In this document: positions 23,106 to 36,633 of the stretch, piece by piece
How positions within the stretch are numbered: position 1 is the stretch's first letter
Layout: each line of letters begins with the position of its first letter
NCBI GenBank assembly: GCA_051294905.1
Contig: CM119371.1
Coordinates: forward strand, 13,704,001-13,768,000
Direction: 5' to 3'
Source: Botryllus schlosseri
Taxonomy: Eukaryota
DNA length: 64,000 nt
Notes under the pieces: model-generated
The model's input: the letters and a program-made list of their open reading frames with translations, nothing else
Database searches by the model: none
What the model was told of the DNA's origin: nothing
Made by a program: the position numbers and the translations under genes

Positions 23106-24621
23106 GCCATTTCAGAATTTTTCTTGTTTTGATGCATTTGTTCTCAATATACCATCATTTGATCCAACACTGAATTGCTTGTTTTAATTCATATCCTGGC
23201 TACAGATTTTGTGCCAGTCGGTCCAAGGTGAAAGGTCAATTGAAGTCTCAGGTCAGACGTGTTTTCGAGATTACATGACGGGCAGAAACATGTTAGGCAA
23301 CAGGTGGAACTAAACCTGTCGTATGGTTTTACATGACGGACATGTATTAAGAGGTACCAGGTGTAAACATGTCTATGGACACCTTTATTTTTTACAGTGT
23401 AGGATTAAATCCCAAGTTATGAATACAATCGAAATGCTTTACAGTATATTAAACTTCCCCTGATGAACGGAACCAACAAACTCACGATATTTATTCTACT
23501 TCATACACTCATTGAAATCTTCCACTCCTGCTAATCAATTCAAAGATACCGTTTGAGGTACAGGACTTCAATATGCAATTAAATAATATATTCATTTTGA
23601 AATAAACCCCAATATTTTTTGCTGACACTCATCAGGGGTAATCGTCAGAAACTAGTAGAGGAATGCAAAGAACATCGTATATCCACATCACCATATGACA
23701 TCACTGGCATGAAATATTAATAATCAAAGCGAAGAAGAGATCGCTTCAGCTCAGTGCATTATTTTAGATGGTACAAGATGATGTCCTCTTTGGCACAAAC
23801 TGAGTGGGAGTAATTTCAAAAAAGTCGCCACCAAAGCACTCAAATGGAAGTGTGAACGGTATCTCCCGACGTCGCAAAATATTTGGAATATATTGAGACG
23901 AATTGTGGCTAAAGTAAAGAATAATTTAAACTTTGCGATTACACTTCTGGGCAGTTTAATCGATGATTCTTGATTTAACCGCGCGGTCAATAATATCGGG
24001 AATTGCATATATTTTGCTATACCGTTTTTGAACCTATCTGTTCCTACGTAATCAGATTTACCGATAGAGATGAGTGAGATGTTGTCTTGGAGAATATGAG
24101 ACCGTTAATAATAATTGAGCATATTTGGGCGGGTCCGTTGATGTAACGATGTCGCTACATGATGTTAGTTCGTGACCGCCTGTCTGCTATGTCAAAAGAT
24201 ATTGTAATCGCCCAAACGTCCTAAAATAAAAGACGAGCACGATTTCAACCTGGTATTTCTTTACTGGCAAATTATTTTCCCCCGCGGGATGGCGTTTGTC
24301 TTTTGGGGTTCAGATTGACAGGACAGAAACATTCGGCGCTAGCCATTTAGGCGCCTATATGGACAATTGAACATATATCGGAGTTTGTAGTCAGCATAAG
24401 GACAGTCCTTTCCAGCCAAGATTTTCTCGCTACCGATCTTTCTGGCAATCTTCTCGGAGTCGCATGTTACATAGCCTAAAACAGGGGTTCTCAACCTTCT
24501 TTTGGCCGTGGCCCATTTTTGGCGCCGTATACTTCTACAGGAAATCGATAACCTACACTAAATTGCAATTCGACCTGCAGAAGTAGGCCTACCTTAAATC
24601 TACATCAAATGCACTTCAGTC

Positions 24622-25811
24622 CAGTGACGTGCGGCGAGGTTCATGACTGGTTTTCAGTTATTTAATACAGATTGCTCAACGATAAGGATTGAACGAAGAA
24701 TATAAAAAAAATATCTTATTCAAGGTCCTAATTTCGGTTTTATAGTCGCTATTGCCCTTTGCTCGTCCAATCTCCTTTTTTACAATAGTGAAATGGACAG
24801 ATTGGACACTGTATTAGCAAAACTAAATATGTCACTCACTAACAACAAGCTTGGTTGAACACATCATTCAGACTATGGAGAACCAGAGTTAGATTCATGA
24901 TTTTGATCGGGAATGCTGATTTTCTCGGGTTAAGATTCGCAAATACAAAAATGCTACAAGGTTAGCTTATTGAGTTGGAGACCTGTTTCTCACCACATTA
25001 GCAATCTCCACACGCATTCTATCTATAGGCTGTACTACTCGTCATCTGTTCCATGTGAGCGGTGTCTTACAAAAATTTTAAAAGTGGGCCGTGCTACGAG
25101 TTCGCAGATATGTAATCAAACATAGGATATCGACCTGGTGTAAATGGCTATTGCAGTCGACAACACCATAAAGGCCACAAACAACGACAACGCCGGCTAT
25201 ATGTAAGTATAGCTATCTCATACCACGATGTAACGTAGCTATGGATGGAAAATACATAACAGCTGCCCTACATCAGTACGGGAATGTATTTGCTCCGCAT
25301 TACGTATTGGCCATCGCTACTTTATAATTTATGCAACACCGTCACTCGTCCGTCAGTTTGCGAAATCGATATCGCGTTTCACTGTGTGGGAGTAGATTCT
25401 GCCTCACCTGGCTGTTGTTTCTCCGCGCTGCCATTTTCCGTAATAAAGCCAAATTTCACATTCCTTGGCGATTTTGAGTGGGCTCTAGTGCTCTAAGATA
25501 GTTAATATTCGTATTTTCGGAATCGGTGCGCCAATAGCATTTGATAGATACCAGTTATTGCGAATTCTGAGCTGTTGCATTGTCGCAGGTGAGACAATAC
25601 CCGCCGGTGCCCCACCTGTTCCTAACCTTTTCTTTCGCGCTGTATTTTCGAACAATAAATATGAAAATTGGTGATGTTTGACGAAAAAATATTCCTGGAC
25701 ATCGACGATGAATATCAATAAATATTCGTTTAAGGTTTTCACAATTTTCTTTACTCTTCAGGCGACAGGTGAGGCAGTGCCTCACTTGCCTCCGCTAACC
25801 GCACGTCACTG
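24622..25811 (+). mobile_element. Non-autonomous hAT element (CAGTGACGTGCGG termini)
   Basis: TIR cagtgacgtgcgg / ccgcacgtcactg; perfect TSD cttcagtc. Confidence 0.93.
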
Positions 25812-26156
25812 CTTCAGTCCGAGTATGGCATTGCTACAGTATGACAGTATGACACTGGCGGAATACTTGGCTACTTCAGCATTAACCTCTAATTATTATA
25901 TAATCGAAACTATTTTCGTTGGTGTTGGCCGTTATGATATATGTTTATTGTATTATAAAAATCAAATCCGCGCGATTGGGGTGTGGGCTACTGTAAAACT
26001 TGTCTATGGGGTAATATCGGTACCAAGTAATAAAGTATAATAGAAACCCGTTTTACACTCACCTCGATAGCAATGTAGCAGGTCCTCATCGAAATCGTTG
26101 GTGAAGCTACGGAATGTATTGATTTTATGGGATTAAGATAGCATTCGATTGCTCCA

Positions 26157-26268
26157 GTCGATAAATTTGATGACGTTTAAAAAGTCTGCATATACTTCAG
26201 AACTGTTACCAATTGTCGATAAATTTGATGACGTTTAAAAAGTCTGCATATACTTCAGATCTGTTACC
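26157..26268. repeat. 58-bp tandem duplication
   Basis: gtcgataaatttgatgacgtttaaaaagtctgcatatacttcaga.ctgttacc occurs twice. Confidence 0.9.
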
Positions 26269-28206
26269 CGAGTCGTAGTTATTGGTATATTTATAAGCTT
26301 TCACGGAAATGTATAGGTTGGAAATTGCAATACGACGTCACGTGACGTCATAAGTTTACGCTCACACCGAACATTTCAAGGGTTCGCGGTTGCACCATCC
26401 CTATAAATATGTCATGCCCACCGTAACTTTGCGGCAAAGACAGCCTTCGAAGCACGTGCTTTGAGAGCTTGCATATGCAAAACATATTGTGTTGGGCGGC
26501 GTGAGATAGACAATTGGCTTCATTTCGCTTTAGTATTTCTATTTAATATTACACCGTAGTACCAGTTAAACCAAGTAAATCTACAACTTTCTGACCAGTA
26601 GGCTACTTACTACTATTCGGCAAGAGAGCTCAGAGCGGCCTTTAGCCAATCGGCTTTAGCGTACAACAGAACTGCAGCATCGATTCCAATGCTAACATCG
26701 CTGACATCCAAGCTAACATCACACAGGAACAAGTCACAAACCTCGTCTTATCTTCAGAACACGTACTCCATTACGCCTCACACTCTCTCACCGCGTCGTT
26801 AGTCATGTATCACATACACAGACACCACGAATGTCTTTGCAGAGGAAATTGTATCAAAATGAGCTAGGCGACACAAAAAAAGTTAAGTCAGAACCAGCCT
26901 AAGCGTACAAATTCACAGGAGACAACATCAGCAGCGAAGTGCAAAAAACGTACTGTAAGCGGTCACCGCAATAAAGAGCCTGCATTTGCTACGCGGGCGC
27001 GAAAGATTTCGATCATTGTGTACCAGAGTCTCGTTGTACATTTGCTATTCCCGCTTCCAACAGGAAAGTTTTTTTTTCGAGCAGGCTTCTTCGTACGCAA
27101 GGGCCGCCTTGTACTCCTTGAATTTATCTAAAACACAATGCGAAATTGCACCAACTGTGGTCAGTTGCGATAGTTTGTACTCGAACAGGAGTGGAATTAC
27201 CGTCATAAAGCTTTACCAAAACACAAGTAGAAGTTCAAACTCAAATTTTAGTACAGGTAACATCATAAATTTCTGCTCCCCTACACGCAGAAGTCGAAAT
27301 CAGTAAGTAATCTAGGGCTAGTTTTGTCTCAAAATCTGAAAAGTTGTAAACTAAAATCATAACCACTCGAGTAAGCAGTGCAAGTAGGTAAAATCCACCA
27401 TAATGTTCTAAAAACGTAGAGTGCTTTATTATTGAACGCATCTGGACCGGGATGGGACAACTAGTTGTCTTATGAAAACTACTTAGCCCAAAACCAAATG
27501 TAAATATAATTTGTCAAATGTTTCTTTGCAATAATTCTGATTCTAGTCTAATTTGCGAAATGTTTCAGTCCTCTAATTTTATTTCTAATCATATAGTTTT
27601 CTTGAAAATGTTCAAGAGAACGGTATTGTGCGAATCGAGCCAAGCCTGGTGAACATACATTTGCTATTCTCATGCTTGTGGCGAATTCAACAATTTTAAT
27701 CTAATGTTGGAAAAATTGGAGCTATAATTCTAATTATAATCCAATTTGAAAAAATGTACTGCAGTAGAATTTGCAAAAGTGTGTACACTGAAAATCCGCA
27801 AGGTCGTATTGAACACTTCATAACACTTTTTTCTGCGTACAGACACACTTTTTGGGCATATAAACGCATTGGGCCATTATCGTCGCAACGCTTCTGCGTA
27901 TTTCTCCGTTTACATGTAACACTTCGCCACTGCGGCTTATTTTCAAGAAAATTTATACTTGGTAATTTATCATCAATTTTGCATTCATAAACCATCGGTA
28001 CGTTTGGAGATCACATTACATCATGGTATATGTAAAATAATATTACTCACTTGACCCAACACTAAGTTTAAGGGTATGATTTCAATGAAATATACATATT
28101 TCCCTGTGACGCAGAGGGGTCACCACTTTCGTTATGGTAGAGCGCGCTCGATTTCAGTTTGGATTTGAATTGGTGGTTCGTCAGGCTTCAGGCAGAGAGT
28201 AGGGTA

Positions 28207-30309
28207 CAGGGCTGTGGAGTCGGTAAATTTTACCACCGACTCCGGCTCCGACTCCGACTCCACACATTTTCAATATACCGACTCCGACTCCGACTTCGAC
28301 TCCTGAGTCTTTAAAAGTACCGACTCCGACTCCGACTCCTGGGTCTTTAAACGTACCGACTCCGACTCCCGACTCCGACTCCGACTCCAGCATTATTACC
28401 AATTTACCTCGAAAACTATATGCCACATTGTCGGTTGAATGACCATCATACAACCATTAAATATATGCAAACATATGATTAACTGAGGCATGCTAAATTG
28501 TTTCATTGTGGCACAGCTCGAATTACCCACTATGCAATTAACATGAAAGAAAGATTTGCTAAATATCCTTCCTTATTCAAGTTTTTATAACATGGACTCA
28601 CTAATATCCTGAAATGTATGAATCATTCAAATATGGCAGATATCCAATCCTGTATAATAAAAATGTAGATAAAAAATCCAAGTGTAGCTCTTGTGTATGA
28701 CTCAGCAACTAATAAAAAAATTGAACTTACTAATTTTGTCATTACACACTATCCTGATTACAAGCACAAACACTCTTACTACTAGTAATAGACATTGGTC
28801 ATAAATGGAATTTAGTTGAGTAGTCAAAGACCATAGCCTATGTCTAGTGTACATGTACTTAATCAAGTATTCAAGGATTGGGACTTGCAGTCTTTCCTAA
28901 TCATTTGTTCGACCCAAAACAGCTAAGCTAAACTAAAAATATTTTTAATTTTGTCAAATGGGAAGCATCGTTTGGTCATATTTACATATTTTTACAATTT
29001 TACAAAACCAGCCGATGCATTTTCTCTGTCACAGTATCATGGTATAATTCCAAAAATTGCACCAATTTTGACCGCATCGCGAAAACGCATCTTGCGATTT
29101 TCTTCCCCTCTGCAACTGAGTTGTAATTTGCAAGTAATGTCTTTTATCTGTATCAGGGGTGGGCAACTTTTTCGGCGAAAAGGACACCTGAGATTTACGA
29201 ACCATTGCGGGGCAACGGGAATGTTGATAACCTTTTTTTAGTCGTCGATAGGAGCGAACCGAATTATGAAACATTGCAAGGAGCGAACCGAATTATGAAA
29301 CATTGCAAACAAGACTTATATTACTACGCTCTAAAATTGATAACATTATGTCATCCAACTGTGCAGTGCGCAATCAGGCCCGGTCGCGCGAAGCGCGAAA
29401 TTTTTTTGCAAGATAACGACTGAATTAGGCTATAGCTATATCAATAAATATGTCGCTAACATACATTGGGGGTCGCATCTGTATACCACTGGTCTCATTT
29501 GGCAAGGACAGGATTATTCGACGTTTAGACATAGCAAAATCGACGGTATCAGTGAACATGCCTCTATCATTTTGTACAAATGTTTTTTCGACGATCTCGC
29601 TGCGAGTGCACAAGCGAAGCCGTATCTCCTAATTGCGAATATAGTTAGACTCAATTCTGTGAAGAATATGTATTTATAATTTTCAAAAGGGGGCTCAAAT
29701 ACTGAATGCAAGAAATCTAATAACAATGAATCATGCGAAGTACCGAGAAAAATTTCAAGTCAAATAAATCTGCTATGAAATATTCTACTTCATGGTCATA
29801 TAAGAAGATCTGGGATAAATGTGGCTGACCCCTGGATACGTCAATGCCTCAGAACTGTTTTTTTAGTCATCATCAAATTTCTCGGTCATGCTAATCAAAT
29901 TTTGGTTGGCCTTGCAATTGTACCTGATGTCATAAATAATTTCGAGAATTACCTCGCAGGCCACACCTAACCTTCTCGTGTGCCAAATTTGGCCTGCGTG
30001 CCACGGGCTAGCCGCAGCTGATCTGTATGGATAATATAATAAAAGTGATTGGTGGTACATAAAAATTATATTGAAAATTCTTTGAAAGCAAATGTTTTCA
30101 TGATAGAGAAGTTGGAGTCGGAGTCGGAGTCGAAATCATAGTCATTCTCACAAACTCCGACTCCGACTCCAGTCAGTATTTTCCCACCGACTCCGACTCC
30201 GACTCCAGCTATTACAGTTTTCATGACTCCGACTCCGACTCCGACTCCATCAAGCGAAAATTACCCCGACTCCGACTCCGACTCCACCGACTCCGACTCC
30301 ACAGCCCTG
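28207..30309 (-). mobile_element. Inverted sister copy of the GGAGTC hAT element at 1342-3380
   Basis: Same TIRs; perfect TSD gtagggta (28199-28206, 30310-30317); collinear reverse-complement similarity throughout. Confidence 0.95.
29154..30020 (+). mobile_element. Charlie/Buster-type MITE nested in 28207-30309
   Basis: Starts caggggtgggcaac; perfect TSD atctgtat (29146-29153, 30021-30028). Confidence 0.85.
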
Positions 30310-30733
30310 GTAGGGTACGCGAAAAAACTTGGCGAAATGGATATGTTGAAGCAGTTTCTGCTACCTGATGGCGTAAAGGATCATAACATCCATGCACTGT
30401 AAGGTATGGAAATGCGGTAAATGTTATTGAATATATGTAATGTGAGAATAGTCATAAAATGAACTCGTTTTGACATTGCAGTAACGTAGTATGTTTTAGA
30501 TGTTTTAGTAGGCTACTGATATCCCTTATTCATATGAATGTTCTTTAGATGCTTTCTAGTATATGATTCGTCTGATATTATTGCTGGATGATCGAGCTTC
30601 GAATCTGATAATATACCAGGCTGCGACCAGGTCCAGTACTACGTGGTACTGATGGGAAGCTGCTATAAAAGTAACTTGACATATGGATAAAGGGATATTC
30701 TCTCTATCCACACTTAAATATCACTATGTAGGC

Positions 30734-33334
30734 CAGGGGTCACCAACACGCGGCCCCCGGGCCGCGAGGTCATATTGCGGCCTGCGGCCTGATTTGGGGA
30801 AATTTTGGAAGAACGGTCAGTAAACCATTTCGAAATGCCGAAATTGATTTCTGTTTAAACATATTGTTGCTGTTGTTCAAAGTAAGCCATTCTACTGTGC
30901 CCAATATCACTATTCCTTCGGTTCGGCATGGTAATATCCTTATATGGAGGAATATTTGTCTGATATGAATGGGCATATTGCCTTGGCGCGCAATGGCCCA
31001 CCACTGCCAAGACCGGGAGGCTTGATAAACGACTTCGGGCTCTCCATGCTTTACGAGGATATAGTTTTCCAGCAAATAGGCTATTGTCGTACCGTGTCTA
31101 TAACTAACTCGAATATCGATTCTCCAATCCTGGGGCGGCCAATCTGCGGCAGTAGAAGAAAAATAATGCGGTCGTCGACACTCAATTCAATTAGGACGTG
31201 TTGGCGGCTTTCAATATTATGCTAATTGAATTTACGAATTGACTCCCTAATTAATGTGAGGTTTGAATTATTCTTGAAATTTTCTTCGCGCTATGCGCGC
31301 TTCAATGCGAGTTGATTTCGGACTTTAATACAGCAGCGTCCTTTGTAATCTGAGTCCCACAGTACAGATGCAAGCAGTATATAATAATGATGCACCCCAT
31401 AAAGAAATACTAATTTTTAATTGTGTTCTCCTCATCTCGAATTGTTTTTTTCTGGTAGGCCTACATTTGGGCGAATCCAATATATTTCCACTATAACGAC
31501 AATTCTAATAGGAGGTCAAGAAATAACTGCATGCAACATAGGGGACTAATGAGAATTGGCCTACCCAAAGATGCGCCACATCATTAATAACTCCTTTCAT
31601 GTTTTTGAAGACACCCCTTGCATAAACTCGCTACCGGTGAATCTGATCACATGGGCCGACAAAGGATGAATATTTGATAGTAATATGTGAAACTATACTA
31701 ATATTAAATGATGAAATTCACTCATGAAGATGAACAATTGTTCGCGCTCCGCGCGACTACACTGCAAATTCCCGTCGCTCTTCACAACATGACTCTATTC
31801 ACGATCTCGGTGCCCATAATAAGCCGATATGCGTAAATAGCTTGGTCTGGAGGGTATACCAGCAATGTACATGGTGAGTTTGACGTGGATGTTTGGCCCC
31901 AGTTTGTTTATTACCACTATGCACCATAATGCGGCAGCGGGCTACATACATTAGGGTTGCCATACGTCCGGAATTTCCCGGACATGTCCGGAATTTCACC
32001 GTTAAACTGGGTCCGGGAGGAATTTCTAAAATATGCCCAAATGTCCGGAATTTTGAAGGCTTGAAGTAATCTCATAATTCTTTTCATGAATCAACATAAA
32101 CAATATTATTTTGGGCAGATTTATGCTACATGCAATTTTTCTTCGCGCAGTGCGCGATTTAGTATCACATATATTGGTTTCAGTATGGAGACTACCAGCC
32201 TCGCAAAAACTGCGATCAAAATTAAATAAAAACAGCATTCATTTACAGAAATAAGTCTAATTGTAATCGCAATTACAAGATAACGGTATATTCATAGAGT
32301 CGGTTTAGACTTTAGACCGTTTGGATGCTTTATTCAATGATAGTGGTTCTGAACCTGGGGGTAGTTTGTCTTTATTCTGGGATTCGCGAAGATGTTGAAC
32401 GTAGTAAGCTTCCAAAATAGGCTGTGACTAGGCCTGGGCAAATCAGCTTGTCAAATTTGGAGATGGGCCACGGCAAATTGGAAATGGAGTCGCAACTATA
32501 AATGGTTGGAAACCACTGGATGTGCGGTGTTTATATGTCTCAGTGATTCAGTGCGCACCGGCATTAGGCTGATAAATAATTTTATCGATGTGACATGAAC
32601 ATGACTTAACGATGAACGATTAACCTCCATGCATTTTCAAAGTCATCAACGTTCACCAGCTCTACCGCTAACTCTGGTCATGTGGGCGGAGAGAGGATCA
32701 AAATTATATAGTAATTTATGGAAGAACCAATATTATTGACATAATTCGCTCAAATCATTTAACGACCAGACACAGTAAGCCGCCAGAAGTCGCATCGATT
32801 ACCCTATGGTGGACCCAAAATCCATAGCCTACTCCTGAACCAGATCGTGACCACCTGTAGTCGATAGATAAGGTTTACTGGTGTGACATCATATTGATCG
32901 ACAATGGGTTCATACCTCATTTTAAAATCCACTAGTGGGCGCTAAAGAGCGTCCGGAGTTGGTGTTCAAAAAATATGGTAACCCTAACATACATGAGTAA
33001 TCGAAATGCGGCAGTGAACAACGAAACGGATCCGCACCCCTGTTTTAGTTGCTACAGAGTGTTGTCAGGTATCGTGCGCAACTCATAGTTCAAAACATAA
33101 TGAAATGGATGGGCATGATATTTTTTGTTGTATTTGTGTTTGTTCAATAAAATAGTATTCATTTTGTGGTGACTATGTCCATCGCTTATGTCAGAGAGCA
33201 CAGCATTGTACTTACGTATATTTATTACGTAAGCTGCGTTGGCTATGTTAATCTCGATATTGAAGTCATGCGGCCCGCGGCCTCTACAAATTTGGAAAAG
33301 TGGCCCGCGACCCATTTTGAGTTGGCGACCCCTG
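30734..33334 (+). mobile_element. Charlie/Buster-type non-autonomous hAT element
   Basis: TIR caggggtcaccaac / gttggcgacccctg; perfect TSD atgtaggc. Confidence 0.92.
31952..32986 (+). mobile_element. TAGGG-type hAT element nested in 30734-33334
   Basis: TIR tagggttgccata / tatggtaacccta; perfect TSD acatacat; same family as 5696-7913. Confidence 0.95.
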
Positions 33335-34449
33335 ATGTAGGCGATATTGTGGTCCATTGTGGACAAGTACTGCAATGTCAGCAATTGAATGCCGGCATGA
33401 CAGTCATGCAACGGTTTTGATTGTTTTTCAACTGCAACACATTTTACACTGTACTGTTTATTCCAAGTGGTAAGGTGTTAACTAGGGCGATTTTTTTTGA
33501 CATGTCAAAATAGGTCAAAGTTTTGTCAAAATTGTACCGTTGCCAAATTTCTTTACAAAATCAAAATTTTGTTGGCAACTTGCATTTCGTTTGTATCATA
33601 GATGATTGCACTGTCGGTGAACTTATCATTTTACAATTTACATCTTGTAGCCTACTTTATAGTCCTACCGTTGTAGACGGACCATCGTCTGCTCATTGTG
33701 AATCATAAACTGTCAAATGAAACAAATACTCAACGTAGCCTATTGCAGTATCCTAACTGAAGCAAGACTGCGTGGGCATTGGTTCTTCTATTAGAAACCG
33801 TATGATGAAAAATTGCGATGTAGACAACTTTGTCATAATGAGAGGGAGAGTGCAGTGTACGCACAACTTCAGTGTTGCCGGCCAACAACTGCAGCTGGTG
33901 AACGTTCTTTCTTCATTCTTGCCAAGCTACTTAGTTAGGACAGACACCTTCTACCCGAAAATGTAGGAAAGTATCTTTCGTTGTACTACAACAAATTTTT
34001 AATTATTTCTACCATAATACGAGATGTAACTAACACTAGAATTATTCATGGGTCCAGACTTCGATAAAATAAGTTCTTTTTCATGTAAAAATTTGTCAAT
34101 TTTCAAGCTAAAAGATTTTTTCAGGTCAAATTACTTCGGAAGAACAGACAGCTCCAGCCAGAAATAAAGATAAGTTCAGGTAATACAATTCTAACACTAT
34201 GTGAGAAACACCTAATTTAAGTACATGGGGTCGAAATTAAGTTTTTCATCATCAAAATATGTGTGAATTTGAATTTTTTAATCAAAATCTTACCTTTTTA
34301 GGTCCAAAAAATCGCCCCAAAAATAGCACAGCCAAACAAACAATCTTTTCAACAAAACCTGGATCACAAGGGGTAGTATTTGTGTTGCCCAATCCCCAAA
34401 TTTGACTTTTCTGAGTTTATTGTGATACGGTAACTGAACTAAACTCTAT

Positions 34450-36490
34450 TTTGCAGGTAGTATGTATTGAACTTGGCACCTTTTTGAAATGCATTTGCTG
34501 TATGGAATACTGGTAAGCATCACGGTGTTTTGTAAGTGAACTGGTATATCCTTAGAGAATGAATTTGATTCTGTTACAATCGGTTATCTTTGTGATAAAG
34601 ATTTTTATGAATGATTGCTGATAAAATTTCACAAAAATTGTTAACAATCCAGGAACTATACTAACTGTGCTAGAGTAAAATTGGTGGTAACGTCATGTGC
34701 AACTTTCCATTCCATTACTTAATTATTCTATGAAAGACACCCTTCCGTCACGCACAACTTATTGCAGAAAAAAACAAAAAAAATGTATTCAGTATGATAT
34801 CTGCGTGATTACTGAGCAGTTCATTTGTATTGCAAATTTTGGAAACAAATATTTATTTTCAATAGTCTTGGATTGATCCTCAAATTCGTTCAACTGACGT
34901 CCACTCTTTGAAAAGAGCCCCCTGGGTCTACCGTGCCTGCGCTATCAGACAATGTTGACAGTGACGTGAGGAGTCGTTCGTAACGGGTTTTGTGCCGGCA
35001 CAGTCATCTTATGTGATACAGATCTTTGTCTCAAGAGTCCATGGATACATGTGATTATGTAAGCCTATTTTTTCATTTTATATATCACCATTGATTATGT
35101 AATTTGTTGGTTTTCGCAGTCCTACTTTTCTCACGAACTATCCCGCAGAGTAGCTTACGGGCTATTCGATATGAGATGAAAAAGGCTTCATCTGTGTACA
35201 CTGTACAGTGTATGCTCAACTGTGTACACTGCACACTGAACAGAGATGTAGTTGAACGTAATGAGCTCGTTTAACTTGTACTTTACCTATTGCTTACTGA
35301 ACTATAATGGGTTAGGTCGGTGGTTCTCAACCTGGGGGGCTGAGAACCTCTCCTGCGCTTCTGTAACCTAACTGTGTGAAGTATTGATATTTACTTCTGC
35401 ATCAAATTTACAATTTTCCTTTGTAATGTTTCGTATTTTCTAGGAGCAGCATTTGGATTTGACCAGTAAAAAAAAAGATACGCCATGGCACGCCACGAAT
35501 CAGGGACTCGTCAAGCCTGGGTTGTGGCTCATGGAAAGAATATGAAAAATGCCCTAATGTGCAGGTAGTATGTATTGCAATTGGCATCTTCTTGAAATGC
35601 ATTTGTTGTTTAAAATACTGGTAAGCATCGCGGTGTTTCGTAAGTAAACTGGTACATCCTTAGATAATGAATTTGATTCTGCTGCATTCGGTTATTTTTA
35701 TGAATGTTTGCTGGTAAAATTCCACTAAAATGACTAACAATCCAGGAAAGTATGCTACTCGTGCTGAAGTAAAATTGGTGGTACGGTCACATGCAACTTT
35801 CCATTACAATAATTATTTGTTCTATGAAAGACACCCTTTTGTCAAATACAAATGTATCCAGTCTGATATCTGCGTAATACTAAATGCTGGTGACGTCATA
35901 TTTTGTGATACGATTGTTGATGTACAACATTCTTTCGAGTTCTCCACTAGTTGCTGACGAGTCTCATCCGAAAATATTCGGGCTTATTTCAATATGCATA
36001 TACTATTCAATTTTATATTGAAGTTTTGCTCCTCGAAGAAGCTGTTCGAATATTGAATAGTTCCCTTGTATTGCAAATTTTTGAAACAAGTATTTTCTTT
36101 TCAGTCTTGGATTGATCTTCAAATTCACCCAACTGGTGTCGACTCTTCGAAAAGACCCCCTGGTTCTACCGTGCCTGTGCTAACAGACAATGTTGATAGT
36201 GACGTGAGGAGTCATTTGAACGGATTTTGTGCCGGTGCAGTCATCTTTTGCGATAATACTTTTGCCCCAGGAACCCATGGAAACATGTGATTATGTAAGT
36301 CTATTTATTCATTTCATATATCACCATTGATTATGTAATGTGCTGGTTTTGGCAGTCCTAATTTTCTCAATAACTATCTATATATGCGATATGAGCTGAA
36401 GAGAGGCTTGATCTGTGTACATTGAACATAGGTGTTCTTGAATGTAAAGAGCTGGGGGAACCTGTATTTAAACTACTGCTTACTGAACTA
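34450..36490. repeat. Local duplication of a ~850-bp unit (34450-35305 and 35560-36490)
   Basis: Collinear diverged copies, both starting tgcaggtagtatgtattg and ending tgcttactgaactata. Confidence 0.85.
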
Positions 36491-36633
36491 TACTTGGAAC
36501 ATCAAATTGAGATCATTTCCCATGTCGTGCTAATTCCAAATAATTTCGTTAATTAAATTTAATCAGGAAGGAAGGATTTGAAAGACAATGTAGCCTTATA
36601 GTAGATCATCAGCCTTTCAAGGACCCCCTAAAA

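Larger units (their letters stand above)
14077..23399 (+). mobile_element. CACTA/EnSpm-type DNA transposon, ~9.3 kb, non-autonomous
   Basis: 16-bp TIR cactgtaaaaaataaa / tttattttttacagtg; 2-bp TSD TA (14075-14076, 23400-23401); short subterminal repeats; internal tandem array and accessory gene remnant. Confidence 0.85.

Noticed and set aside
26830..27310. Coding-like stretch
   Set aside because: Multiple stops in the coding-like frame and no recognisable motif.
33483..34320. TAGGGCGATTTTTT inverted-end element
   Set aside because: The ends are similar but there is no matching TSD, so the boundaries are unsupported.
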